From Camelus dromedarius (lineage: Eukaryota): a DNA stretch of 64,000 nucleotides. Shown here piece by piece: positions 54,701 through 62,385 of the stretch (positions within the stretch are counted from its first letter, which is position 1; every line of letters begins with the position of its first letter). Made by a program: the position numbers and the translations under genes. Location: assembly GCF_036321535.1 (NCBI RefSeq), contig NC_087437.1:72542001-72606000 (forward strand), written 5' to 3'. The notes beneath the pieces were generated by a model. It did no database searches. It was not told the DNA's origin and saw nothing but the letters and a program-made list of their open reading frames with translations.

Positions 54701-57700
54701 ATAATAGGAGAGCTAAACTGCTTGACTAATGAACCTATGAAATATTCTGCCACCTGCAAAACTGTAGTGGAGGTCAGAAAACATCTCTTTACGACTTACT
54801 GTTGAATCTTGTTAAATATCTAGGACCAAATTTAAGGTTATTTCTGTGCTTGTATATGTTTACAGTCTAGTGATAAGTTACAAAAACTGTATGTACTTAT
54901 TGTCATTTTGTTACCATAGTAACCAGGATAACACAGATATATGTACATATTTGTGTGTATGTGGCATACTACTTGATCAAATTAAAAACCTATGATAGAT
55001 ACACAAAAACTAAAAATAAAGGAACACCAGTCCACTATTAAAGAAAATCATCAAACCACAAAGGAAGAAACAAAAAGAAAAAAGGAACAAAGAAGAATTA
55101 CAAAAATAAGCAGAAAACAAGTAACAAAATGACAATAAGTACATAATTATCAATAGTCATTTTAAATTTCATGGTACTAAATGCTCCAATCAAAAGACAT
55201 AGGGTTGGGTGAGGGTATAACTCAAATGGTAGAGCACATGCTTAGCATACACAAGGTCCTGGGTTCAATTCCCAGTACCTGCTCTGAAAATAAATAAATA
55301 AGTAAACCTAATTACCTCCTCCCCCTACACACAAAAAAGATTGGATGAAAGGCTGATTGGATAAAAAACAAACCCCATTTTTACGCTGCTTACAAAAGAC
55401 ACACTTCAGAGCTAAAGGCACACATAGACTGAAAGTGAGAATGGAGGTAAATATTTCATGTAAAAAGAAATGACAAGAAAGCTGTGGTAGCAACACTCAT
55501 ATCAGACAAAGTAGACTTTAAAACAGAGACTATAACAAAAGACAAAGAAATTATATAATTATAACAGGATCAATACAAGAAGAGGATAGAACATTTTTAA
55601 CATGCATGCACTTAATATAAGGAACACCTAAATATGTAAAGCAAATATTAACATATATAAAGGGAGAAACTGACAATACAATAATAATAGGAGACTTTTA
55701 ACACCCCATTTACATCAAAGGATGTATCATCTAGACAGAAAATCAATAAGGATACAGTGGTCTTGAACGACACATTAGACCAGTTAGACTTAATAGATAT
55801 CTGTAGAACATTACATTCAGTAACAGTAGAAGACATTTCTTTTCAAGTGCACATGGAATGTTCTCCATGATAGATCACATACTAGGCCATAAAAGAAGTC
55901 TCAACAAATTTAAGGGGATAGAAATTATATCAAGCTTTTTTTTCTAAGCACAATGATAAAAAACTAGAAATCAATTACAGGAAGAAACCAGGAAAAACAC
56001 AGATATATGTACGTGTGTGTGGGGAGCATATTACTTGGTCATAAAAAATAATGAAATTCAGCCATTTGCAGCAAAATGAATGGACCTGGAGGGTATTATG
56101 TTTAGTGAAATAATTCAGACAGAGAAAGACAAATGCTATATGTTATCACTTAAATGTGGAATCTAAAAAATTAAATAAAGGAATGTAACAAAACATAAAC
56201 AGACTCAAAGCTTTAGAAAACAAAGTAGTTACCATTGGGGAGAAGGAATAGGGTGGGACATGATAGGAGTAGGGGATTAAGAGGTACAAACTACTATGTG
56301 TAAAATAAATACGCTACAAATTTATATTATATAGCACAGGGAAGAGTCCATATTTATAATAACTTTAAATGTAGTATAATCTATAAAAATTCTGGTTTAC
56401 TATATTGTACACCTGAAACTAATATGATACTGTAAATCAACTGTGCTTCCATTTTAAAAATTAGGCAAAGGATTTGAGCAGATGCTTCACAAAAGAATAT
56501 ACACATGGCCAACAAGCACATGAAGAAGATTCTTAATATCTTTAGCTCTCAGAGAAATGCAAATTAAACTCATGATAAGGTGTCACTACCCACCTACTAC
56601 ATTGGCTAAAAACAAAAAGACTGAAAACCAGATATTAGTAAGGATGTGAAGCAACTGAAACTCATATATGACTAGTTAAAGTGTCAAATATTACAACCTC
56701 TTCTGAAAACAGATTGGCAGTTTCTTATAAAGTTACACACTCACTTCCCATATTACCAGAAATCCCTGTCAGATTCCTACCCAAGAGAAATAAAAGCCAA
56801 CATACACCATGGCTTGTGAATGTATAGGAGCTTATTCCCAACAGCCAATAGTCTGTTCACTGTTAATATCAGTATTTTAGTATTGACCAAAATGTTTGCT
56901 CCCCTGATATGTTTTTAGAAATAATTATGTCTCTAGTTTGAAAGGTTAAATGATTTTGATACTTTGCTTCCTAATTTTTTCAGAACCGCCAAGAATGATA
57001 AAGAACGTCTCATTGGATCATGTGGCCTTTTAAATTTAGTGTATGACAAGATCACACGAGTATTTATTAAATATGCACATATTGTTAGGTTTCCAGGCAA
57101 TAATATGAATCTATATCACTTAAATTCTTAGTTTTAATATTACAAATGTAAGTGAGAAATCTTGTTCCCTTAAATCACAGGTGCACAGAATGAAATATTA
57201 AATTGATATCTTCTCTCTTCCAGACATGTTTTATTGCCAGAAATCACTTGTATGAAGCTTTTGAACAACTCTGTCCTCACATTGAATATAAAATGTGGCT
57301 AAAAATTGGACTTTCTATTACTGCCAAAAAAATCAGAGAGCATTTATCTTATGAGGTAAGAGGTATTTAAGTAAAATTGTCCTTCTCTCTGAATGAAACT
57401 GCCCTGAAGTATTGTCAGAAATTAACTATTTAGGAATTTATTTTAAATTTTATAATGAACAATAGATTATGAAATTGTTTTTCTTGTAGGATTGGAATTA
57501 CAAGATGCAGTTAAAACTCCATAACATTTATGTAAGAGATATACCAAAGTGCACCAAAACTGATATCTATGATGAAACTGTAATTTATGTCATCCTCATC
57601 CATGGAGCTGTAGAAGATTGTCAGTTACGAAAAACTTATAAGGCTCCTTTCTTAATTCCTATAACATGCCATCAGGTAAAGAAACATTGGTTCATGTCTT

Positions 57701-60700
57701 CAGGTCAATGTGCCATTTTTCCAACAATGTGTTAATATTAGCAAAATCATCACTTTTCCACCTTCTCATTCTCTCCTTTTCTCCTACCACTCCATAAACA
57801 CACACACACACCACACACACAGCATACGCACCTCAAGTCCACTGATTGCTTTGGCACTGGGTAGCCCAAACACCAAGCTATTCATGTTCAATGTCAATGA
57901 AGCAAGCTAAGTTATACATTTTGGCCACAGTTAGATTTGGATGCAGTTGTAAATAGTAAAAGAGGGCCTATTAAGTTCATGTACATATTGCAGAAGGATC
58001 ACCGTCTCTCTGGACCATATGAACAGTACTCTAACAAGGTTCTGCCAGCTCCATGCTGAAGTGAGTCCCAGTAGTATTTCCCCAGCTACTTTGAAAGAGA
58101 ATGTGAAAGTGAAGGACTTCTCGTATTTAAGCTGTTAAGTTGCACTTCCAATCAAAATGAGAAGCTGTGCCCTGGGAAGGAGGAAGACGGTATATATGCA
58201 TGCTTGTGTGTGTGTGTTTGTGTCTGTTGGGGTAGAGTAAGAGAGGCACTTGTCAGGAGGAATCAGGGAACATATGAAATAGAGCTACAGAAAGTAAATT
58301 GGAAGAGGGACTTAGTCAATTAAATAAGGCACATATTCTTTTAAGCAACTGATACATGACAGAACAGTGCTAGATGCTAAAGTGGTCAAGACAAATGAGA
58401 CTTGGGACTTGCCCTCAAAAATCTCTCAACTAAGTGAAAATATATATATACACACACATACATAGATTGATAAACATTTACAGCTTTGATAGAAGTACTT
58501 AAAAAGTAGATTTGAGGTGGGGATAAGAGGACTCCTGAGGTGAGAACAGTCACAAGAAAGTTTTCTAAGTGGACGCCACCGGCACCAATGTGACGTTCAG
58601 TGAGAAGAAGCGAAACATTATTCCTAATTATTCCTTACCTCTATTCTTGAAACCATAACAACAGACCTCAGTTAGGGGTGCTGGTTGGGAATTTAGTTGG
58701 TCAAGCAAGAGATTCCCAAGGCAACCCAAATCTGCCCAAACATGTCCCATGCCCTGGGCATAAAGCCCTGCTCGCTGTGGATCTGGGTACCAATGTAATT
58801 CAAAGCATACCGAAAATGGCCATGAGGTCAGAGGATTTCTTGAAATCCATTGATTTTTAAACTTTCTTTTTGCCACAAAGAAAAACTCTCTGGGTGATAT
58901 TTTAAAGGGTTTTTGTTGATTAACTCTTGAACACTTTTCCCAGTTGTCAGAAAAATGAGCAAGATATTTAAAAGTCAGTGAAAGCATATAGAATGTTGAC
59001 TTTCACAAAACCAACATATCCAGGTATTTAAAGATATGTATCTAATATGCATTAATATTTTCTATTTATTAATATTTAGAAAGGGCCTGAGATAGTAGCT
59101 TACTAGAAAGACATTTTAAATTGTATGGGATTTACTCAGAAATTAGCTTGTAATCTGTCACCTTTCAGATACAAGGCACTGAAGATTTCACAAAGGTAAT
59201 GATTGTTCAAACTTCAATTGATGTGAAAAGATTCAGATGGAAGACTAGAAAAGATATACCGTCACAAAAACCATCTCGTTCAACAACCTCAGGTATGTGA
59301 GTGACACTTCTCTGAGTAACTGTGAACTTACTTTCCCTTCATAAAATAGTCATATTTGTATTTGGAAACTTACATGCACTCAGTCTAGAGTACTGAGGAA
59401 TCCTTTTAACTGCCATATTTGACATTCAATGTGTGAATTAAGACTGATAACATCTCAGTTGTAGTTACAAATTATTCTGTATTTTCCATCTTGCATTTTT
59501 TTGTTTGTTTGTTTGTATGTTTGCTGGTCCGTCTGCTCCAAGAAAGCATGGATCGTAACTCGTTTGCTTTCTCATGTATCCTCATTACTTACCAATGGGC
59601 CTGGCACTCTCAATGCATATTAATATAAAAGTATTTGGGGGATGTTGGGACAATACATGATATTGTCTCTCTACTTTCCAAACTTTCTGCATATTTGTTA
59701 CCCAATCCTTAAAATAAAAGACTTTTAATCTCTTTCTAAAAAGTGACCCTACTTCTTACCAATTGAAATTTCCACCACTTCACATCACAGGCCCTGGGCC
59801 TAAGTGATCCAAACCTGTTTGAATTTGATGGTTGGACTAATTGATGCGGTCCTTTGTTTCATTGCTTGACCTAACACAGTCTTTTCTGAACCAGCTGCAG
59901 GCAGAACAGATGAAGAACGCTCTCAAGATGAAATAAGTACTCAGGTAAACTTAAAGCAGTCTTCTGAAAAGTTTTATTTTGGGTAAAAGGGTCTCTGGAA
60001 TTTATGGAAACTACCAGTGCGTTTCTCTTGCTCTGAAGGAGTTCACCTGCTAATTATTTTATAGATTTTGATATGAACGCTTTCCTCCAGCACACGGTAC
60101 AGTGGAAACTGTATTTATATTTTTAGGTTAATGTCAGAGAAATTACAAAGAAAAATAAAGTTCAGGAGATGCCAGAATATTCTTGAATTACATTAGCAAC
60201 CAGGCCCCACCAGGGTGCGTACGGTCACAGTGTAGAGAGCCCTTCTCCACTTGTTCTCAAACTTTGATCTGAATACGTTACTGCCACCTCAGCTACGCAT
60301 TTAGGATCTTCCGATTTGCAGGTGGTTTGCCCTGGTATTCACAATGCCTGTCACAAAGCAGGAGCTCAATAAAAAAATGCTCTAATCTAGCCTACCCCAG
60401 GCTAACTCAAGTTATGCAGAAAGCCCCACAAATATTGATTAATTCCATGGTCCATGGTGAACTTGGATAGGTCGTTTGGGGATGTAGGAATCTTTAAAAT
60501 CCTGGGCCAACTTTGTAGCAAGATCCCAAGTTATAAAACACTATCAGGCCATGGAATTGACACTGGGACAAAGAGAAATAGAGTGAAAGTACAATTGACT
60601 TTCCAAATTCTAGAACGTGGAACCCATTCCCATTTTACATAAGGGACTTGAGCATCTGAGGATTTGGGTTTTCACAAGGGGTCCTGGGACAAATCCCCTG

Positions 60701-62385
60701 CGGATACCTAGGGACAACTGTACCTCATTACTTCTACCTGAGCCTGTCTGTAGACTGGATTTTAGGAAGCTTCAGGTAGGGTAGAGAATTTACTTTTGAT
60801 TCTAGTCTTTGCCAAGCTGTTTGTATTCCTGCGGGAGATGCTGATTATAATACCCAGAATCTGAGAAATATCTGCTACCAATACACAAGCCAGAAAATTG
60901 TATATTTGATTGTTAAAAATGTCTACATTAACCACGTCCATTTGCTCTACTAACAGTAGGCACAAAACTCAAAACACATGGTCCCTCTCCCCCAAACCTC
61001 TCCTCACAAGTGTATGTTGAATAAAAGGTGATTATCGGTTCTGTGGCGGATGCTAAAGGTGTTTTTCTCATGTTTGTCTTTAAGTCAAATGTGTCCAGGT
61101 TCTCAGGCCTTCAAGAGGCCAACACTTGTCTTTAATACACAAGTTCCCATCCTGCATGAAAGCAGGAAGTGGACTTCCTCCCTAAGAACTTTGGAGTCTT
61201 CCTGGGGAAGCTTTCCCCAAATCTTCCCTGGTTGTTGCTTCTTGCCTGGAACTCCTGACCCAATAGCATAGGGGCTAAAAGCAAGGGCTCCAGCATGAGA
61301 CTCTCTGGCTTGCCTCCTGGTTCCATCACGTATTAGCTGTGTGACCTTGGGATGCATTTCTCATCCCGCCTAAGCATCAGTTTCCCTGTCTGTAAAACAG
61401 GGATGTAACAATCCCTGTCTCATATGGTGCTGCTGTGGGGATTAAAGATACATGCTGCATTTGGCATATAACAAGCAATACATGCATATAATGTCCATTA
61501 CTCTCTGCTGACCCCTCCTTACCATTGTAAACTACTTCTCCAAACTTCTCTTACTCTCCCCATATTAATTTTCTAAAAAAAAATATATACAGTCACCACC
61601 TCTAATTCTAGCAGTGGCTGCTGAAGACTAGGAAATAACAAAGGAAATTACAATTAAAAAACAACCAGAAAAAAATGATGAGAATGACATTTAAGATAAC
61701 ACATTAGATGGCTTCTAAAACTCACCAATTAGGCCACCATCTCCTCAGCCCTGGCAGGCTGCCAGACCTGTAGGATTCCTCTGAATAGCCTATTTGGGGG
61801 AATAGAGGGAGGAGCCAGGTAAGCTAATGCTCTTCCAGTACATATTCCCCTAAAATGCTGCTTTTTCTTAATTAAAAAAAAAAAGATTGCATGGTGATTG
61901 TTAATGTAGAGGAAGCAGTGTGGAAGTGAGAGACAGTCCATTAAATGGTAGAAACATCTGCTAGTGAGACAACCAATTGTGTTACTTAGTAGATGCTTTT
62001 CCTCCCTGATGTCAGGTCCTAGCTGTGTTGGTGGGCTGGCTCCCTTCCCACTCCCCTCAAACCATTCCCCCACCACCACTGCAGAATTGTGGCTTTACCT
62101 TTACACAGTGAAAAAGCCTTTCACAACATCAAGCAGCCCCTTACGAAGGTTCTGGTCCCCAGGATGGAGCACGCAGTGTCTCCACTGCCAGAAGTCCCAG
62201 TTCTTGGTCCCCTGCTCTACAGACCAGATTCAATACCAGTCCTGTTTTATAAATCTTATTAAGAGTCTCGCTCTTTGACTCCTGTCTCCTATCTCAAATT
62301 CTAGAATCAACATCTCAGAGAATCAACTGATATTACCAAGGAGGAGATGAACATCTATGAAAACCTCCAGAATAAACCTGAATGA
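1035..62385 (+). CDS. SLC9C1: SLC9C1 (sperm-specific Na+/H+ exchanger, sNHE), whole spliced CDS span; last exon uncertain (stop at 60186, 62252 or 62385)
   Basis: 26 GT-AG exons join in frame (3465 nt) plus a terminal exon. The translation has SLC9C1 hallmarks: [60 protein letters not shown]4 [20 protein letters not shown] and [21 protein letters not shown]. Confidence 0.96.
2353..2453 (+). CDS. SLC9C1: SLC9C1 coding exon 2 ([34 protein letters not shown])
   Basis: ttttgcag| ... CAG|gtgtgt; 101 nt, phase 1 to 0. Confidence 0.95.
3006..3246 (-). mobile_element. L1 3' end (artiodactyl/camelid type) with poly-T tail
   Basis: tttttattgaagtatagtcagttta...ggtgtacagcat is a typical antisense L1 3' terminus. 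Confidence 0.8.
3271..3497 (+). mobile_element. MER58A (hAT-Charlie) DNA transposon
   Basis: caactactcaactctgccattgtagc...gcagccatagacaat...tagtttgccaacacctg matches the recalled consensus. Confidence 0.85.
3710..4110. mobile_element. Old ERVL-type LTR (MER74/MER54-like)
   Basis: tgtcaagatctgtgaagagtctaagactttactctac...gccacaatttcatgg...tactcacagc; boundaries approximate. Confidence 0.5.
4781..4909 (+). CDS. SLC9C1: SLC9C1 coding exon 3 ([13 protein letters not shown]...HKLFWQ)
   Basis: attattag| ... CAG|gtaaga; 129 nt. Confidence 0.95.
4990..5200 (-). mobile_element. Old L1M 3' end fragment
   Basis: ttttattgaggtacaatttaca...cacagtttgatgagttttgataaat. Confidence 0.65.
5660..6850 (-). mobile_element. 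L1 fragments (ORF2 piece plus an L1MA-type 3' end)
   Basis: ttctagtagtttaatagttttag...catttaggtctatgat; ttttattgagatgtaattgaca...ggttgcttccatgttttggctattgta. Confidence 0.75.
6713..6756. repeat. (TG)22 microsatellite
   Basis: Read directly from the sequence. Confidence 0.95.
7514..7679 (+). CDS. SLC9C1: SLC9C1 coding exon 4 (ILLITIPG...[14 protein letters not shown])
   Basis: tctttgcag| ... G|gtaggt; 166 nt. Confidence 0.96.
7876..7897. repeat. (TG)11 microsatellite
   Basis: Read directly from the sequence. Confidence 0.9.
8095..8134. repeat. (AAAC)10 microsatellite
   Basis: Read directly from the sequence. Confidence 0.95.
8483..8925. mobile_element. MLT1-type (ERVL-MaLR) LTR, degraded
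   Basis: aaaacagtggcttaaaaccacaatt...ctctgctgatcttggctaggctcact...gcagtcagctgg. Confidence 0.6.
9747..9875 (+). CDS. SLC9C1: SLC9C1 coding exon 5 ([18 protein letters not shown]...TNYSL)
   Basis: cctccatag| ... A|gtaagg; 129 nt. Confidence 0.96.
12023..12501 (-). mobile_element. Solo ERV1-class LTR, 479 bp
   Basis: TG...CA ends; 4-bp target-site duplication AACT (12019-12022 / 12502-12505); AATAAA on the minus strand at 12108-12113. Confidence 0.85.
14188..14349 (+). CDS. SLC9C1: SLC9C1 coding exon 6 (...[27 protein letters not shown]...)
   Basis: ttcttgcag| ... T|gtaagt; 162 nt. Confidence 0.95.
15930..16150 (-). mobile_element. L1 3' end fragment
   Basis: ttgaagtatagttgatttacaatatta...caggtgtacaacacagtgattca. 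Confidence 0.75.
18219..18318 (+). CDS. SLC9C1: SLC9C1 coding exon 7 ([34 protein letters not shown])
   Basis: aaatag| ... GA|gtgagt; 100 nt. Confidence 0.95.
18596..18770 (+). mobile_element. hAT-Tip100-like DNA transposon fragment (MER96/MER91-like)
   Basis: cagggccaggattaagataaggcaagtgagg...gcacaaaatttaagagggtgcc. Confidence 0.55.
20692..20835 (+). CDS. SLC9C1: SLC9C1 coding exon 8 ([26 protein letters not shown]...)
   Basis: acgcag| ... AG|gtaaga; 144 nt. Confidence 0.95.
20979..20994. repeat. C16 homopolymer
   Basis: Read directly from the sequence. Confidence 0.9.
22013..22187 (+). CDS. SLC9C1: SLC9C1 coding exon 9 (LLVFLLISP...[14 protein letters not shown]...EKSQ)
   Basis: tcttttag| ... 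CAA|gtaaag; 175 nt. Confidence 0.96.
22488..22665 (+). mobile_element. MER63-like (hAT-Blackjack) fragment
   Basis: ccaatggcttgctagtaaatatttaacaa...gtagtgtttgccagtttc. Confidence 0.45.
22860..23920 (+). mobile_element. Old L1M (ORF2 3' part and 3' UTR)
   Basis: acaattttgaaaaagaagaacaaagttg...cacaccatatgtaaa...gaaatgcaaattaaaactacaatgaga. Confidence 0.8.
24771..24852 (+). CDS. SLC9C1: SLC9C1 coding exon 10 ([27 protein letters not shown])
   Basis: attccag| ... G|gtaagc; 82 nt. Confidence 0.95.
25625..25718 (-). mobile_element. Tigger/MER8-like fragment
   Basis: Reverse complement reads cagttgactctcaaacaacacaggagtcaagggtgccaac...gttgaaaatctgtatataa. Confidence 0.6.
25719..26062. repeat. Degenerate TA/TG/CA-rich low-complexity tract
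   Basis: Repeated atatgtatatgtgtacacata-like units. Confidence 0.8.
26063..26396. mobile_element. MLT2 (ERVL) LTR fragment
   Basis: gagatttattatgaggaactagctcacgtgattatagaagctaagaagtcccaagat...gcccacattgtggagggca. Confidence 0.8.
26599..26765 (+). CDS. SLC9C1: SLC9C1 coding exon 11 (GLRDVTST...[11 protein letters not shown]...NPYA)
   Basis: tatcaaag| ... GCG|gtaagc; 167 nt. Confidence 0.96.
27600..27792. mobile_element. MER5-like (hAT-Charlie) element
   Basis: gcatcagaatcacctg...ttattaaaaatacagatt...gagattctgat...caggaatatgtatttttaa. Confidence 0.65.
27880..28015 (+). mobile_element. MIR SINE
   Basis: ctgggtttgtgtcctagctttgacactt...gcctcagcttttttcatctgtaaaatgg. Confidence 0.7.
28081..28261. 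mobile_element. MER5A
   Basis: cagtggt...cccccagagtttctgattcagcaggtctg...tgagaatgtacatttctaaca...cactttcagaaccact. Confidence 0.8.
28553..28678 (+). CDS. SLC9C1: SLC9C1 coding exon 12 ([20 protein letters not shown]...RRLLSAQI)
   Basis: ttacttag| ... ATA|gttagt; 126 nt. Confidence 0.95.
28717..29227 (-). mobile_element. L1 ORF2 fragment (antisense) followed by a sense A-rich tail
   Basis: The minus-strand ORF reads [31 protein letters not shown], typical of the L1 ORF2 C-terminal region. Confidence 0.85.
31872..31966 (+). CDS. SLC9C1: SLC9C1 coding exon 13 ([32 protein letters not shown])
   Basis: ttcttttag| ... GA|gtaagt; 95 nt. Confidence 0.95.
33104..33150. repeat. Imperfect (CA)n/(TACA)n microsatellite
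   Basis: Read directly from the sequence. Confidence 0.85.
35167..35286 (+). CDS. SLC9C1: SLC9C1 coding exon 14 ([15 protein letters not shown]...[16 protein letters not shown])
   Basis: tttttag| ... AG|gtaagt; 120 nt. Confidence 0.95.
35455..35732 (-). mobile_element. L1MB-type 3' end
   Basis: ttattgaggtaaatttcacataa...gtacattcacagtgttg...ctgctttctgcctctatgaatttaccta. Confidence 0.75.
35733..36505 (+). mobile_element. L1 ORF2 (RT) fragment plus an L1MA-type 3' end
   Basis: atagatgcagaaaaagaatttgaaaaaattcaacatcc...[12 protein letters not shown]...tttgcagatgacatg; ends gtcaattatacctcaata. Confidence 0.8.
37494..37689 (+). CDS. SLC9C1: SLC9C1 coding exon 15 (VSD S1-S2: [17 protein letters not shown]...FYIVEALLK)
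   Basis: poly-T tacag| ... AAG|gtaatc; 196 nt. Confidence 0.96.
37701..37740. repeat. Imperfect (TG)n, 11 nt downstream of the exon 15 donor
   Basis: Read directly from the sequence. Confidence 0.9.
39737..39858 (+). mobile_element. tRNA-derived SINE (camelid vic-1-like)
   Basis: ggggagggtatagctcagtggtagag (A box), gggttcaatccc (B box), (taaa)n, aaacctaatta tail. Confidence 0.8.
40930..41115 (+). CDS. SLC9C1: SLC9C1 coding exon 16 (VSD S3-S4: WNLFE...[13 protein letters not shown])
   Basis: tcaacag| ... AAG|gtaaag; 186 nt. Confidence 0.96.
42222..42371 (+). CDS. SLC9C1: SLC9C1 coding exon 17 (LVTPKLLQ...[10 protein letters not shown]...KQIKQ)
   Basis: tttttcag| ... CAG|gtgagg; 150 nt. Confidence 0.96.
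43745..43796 (+). CDS. SLC9C1: SLC9C1 coding exon 18 ([17 protein letters not shown])
   Basis: ttttgtag| ... G|gtaggt; 52 nt; bridges the phase between its neighbours. Confidence 0.92.
44310..44397 (+). repeat. Tandem repeat, 3 copies of 28-30 bp
   Basis: gacaataggtcattaccagaaaaagcca / gacaagaagtcatgaccaagaagaaaacca / aacaagaggtcatgaccaagaaaaaggcca. Confidence 0.9.
44933..45081 (+). CDS. SLC9C1: SLC9C1 coding exon 19 ([24 protein letters not shown]...EINK)
   Basis: ttatttag| ... AAG|gtaagg; 149 nt. Confidence 0.96.
46200..48800 (+). mobile_element. Degraded L1MB-like element (ORF1, inter-ORF region, ORF2 3' end, 3' UTR)
   Basis: gagcaggcagaagaaagaatcagt...tcaagaagctcaatgaa (ORF1); ttacctaacaccatatacaaaaattaa (ORF2); aatgtacttaataccagtgaactgtacactta (3' end). 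Confidence 0.85.
49965..50724 (-). mobile_element. Younger L1 3' end
   Basis: The minus-strand [32 protein letters not shown]...[23 protein letters not shown] is the L1 ORF2 C-terminus. Confidence 0.9.
51270..51438 (+). mobile_element. tRNA-derived SINE (vic-1-like) with a perfect 17-bp TSD
   Basis: TSD taaaacaataagcttct at 51253-51269 and 51439-51455; A and B boxes present. Confidence 0.9.
51456..52540 (+). mobile_element. Old L1M 3' portion
   Basis: gcaaaagacttgagcaggcacttcaca...atgcaaattaaaacc...atgaatctcagaaacataatgttgag. Confidence 0.75.
52716..52841 (+). CDS. SLC9C1: SLC9C1 coding exon 20 ([13 protein letters not shown]...[16 protein letters not shown])
   Basis: ggtttttag| ... CAG|gtaata; 126 nt. 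Confidence 0.95.
53979..54077 (+). CDS. SLC9C1: SLC9C1 coding exon 21 ([37 protein letters not shown])
   Basis: atttgtag| ... AAG|gtaagg; 99 nt. Confidence 0.96.
54599..54772 (+). CDS. SLC9C1: SLC9C1 coding exon 22 ([15 protein letters not shown]...[22 protein letters not shown])
   Basis: ctgaacag| ... GAG|gtcaga; 174 nt. Confidence 0.96.
54975..56460 (+). mobile_element. L1 (ORF2 endonuclease region plus 3' end), interrupted by a SINE
   Basis: ctaaatgctccaatcaaaagaca...atcagacaaagtagactttaaaac...ggagacttttaacaccccatt; 3' end acacctgaaactaatatgatactgtaaatcaact. Confidence 0.85.
55207..55340 (+). mobile_element. tRNA-derived SINE (vic-1-like) nested in the L1
   Basis: gggtgagggtataactcaaatggtagagcacatgcttagcatacacaaggtcctgggttcaattcccagtacc. 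Confidence 0.85.
57224..57355 (+). CDS. SLC9C1: SLC9C1 coding exon 23 ([15 protein letters not shown]...KIREHLSYE)
   Basis: ctcttccag| ... GAG|gtaaga; 132 nt. Confidence 0.96.
57490..57675 (+). CDS. SLC9C1: SLC9C1 coding exon 24 ([10 protein letters not shown]...[11 protein letters not shown])
   Basis: ttcttgtag| ... CAG|gtaaag; 186 nt. Confidence 0.96.
59169..59292 (+). CDS. SLC9C1: SLC9C1 coding exon 25 ([16 protein letters not shown]...PSRSTTS)
   Basis: cctttcag| ... G|gtatgt; 124 nt. Confidence 0.93.
59895..59944 (+). CDS. SLC9C1: SLC9C1 coding exon 26 ([17 protein letters not shown])
   Basis: gaaccag| ... CAG|gtaaac; 50 nt, phase 1 to 0; alternative in-frame acceptor at 59901. Confidence 0.8.
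60127..60186 (+). CDS. SLC9C1: Candidate terminal exon A ([19 protein letters not shown])
   Basis: atttttag| acceptor; phase-0 frame ends at TGA 60184-60186; AATAAA at 60368-60373. Confidence 0.5.
   Translation, partial: VNVREITKKNKVQEMPEYS
60368..60373 (+). terminator. Candidate polyadenylation signal AATAAA for terminal exon A
   Basis: About 180 nt after the TGA; its context (caaagcaggagctcaataaa) resembles an L2 3' end. Confidence 0.4.
60625..60720. mobile_element. MER2 (TcMar-Tigger) terminal fragment
   Basis: ccattttacataagggacttgagcatc...aatcccctgcggatacctagggacaactg. Confidence 0.75.
61280..61500 (+). mobile_element. MIR SINE
   Basis: tattagctgtgtgaccttggg...cagtttccctgtctgtaaaacaggg. 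Confidence 0.7.
62163..62252 (+). CDS. SLC9C1: Candidate terminal exon B ([29 protein letters not shown])
   Basis: tggtccccag| acceptor, phase 0; resembles the recalled human segment DGAHSAATARSP. Confidence 0.3.
   Translation, partial: DGARSVSTARSPSSWSPALQTRFNTSPVL
62305..62385 (+). CDS. SLC9C1: Candidate terminal exon C ([26 protein letters not shown])
   Basis: Pyrimidine tract ctcctgtctcctatctcaaattctag|, phase 0, TGA 62383-62385; resembles the recalled mouse and human last-exon sequences. Confidence 0.5.
   Translation, partial: NQHLRESTDITKEEMNIYENLQNKPE

Noticed and set aside
1035..59944. Possibility that SLC9C1 is a pseudogene, or is the paralogue SLC9C2
   Set aside because: All exons have canonical splice sites and compatible phases with no internal stop; the peptide matches recalled SLC9C1 along its length
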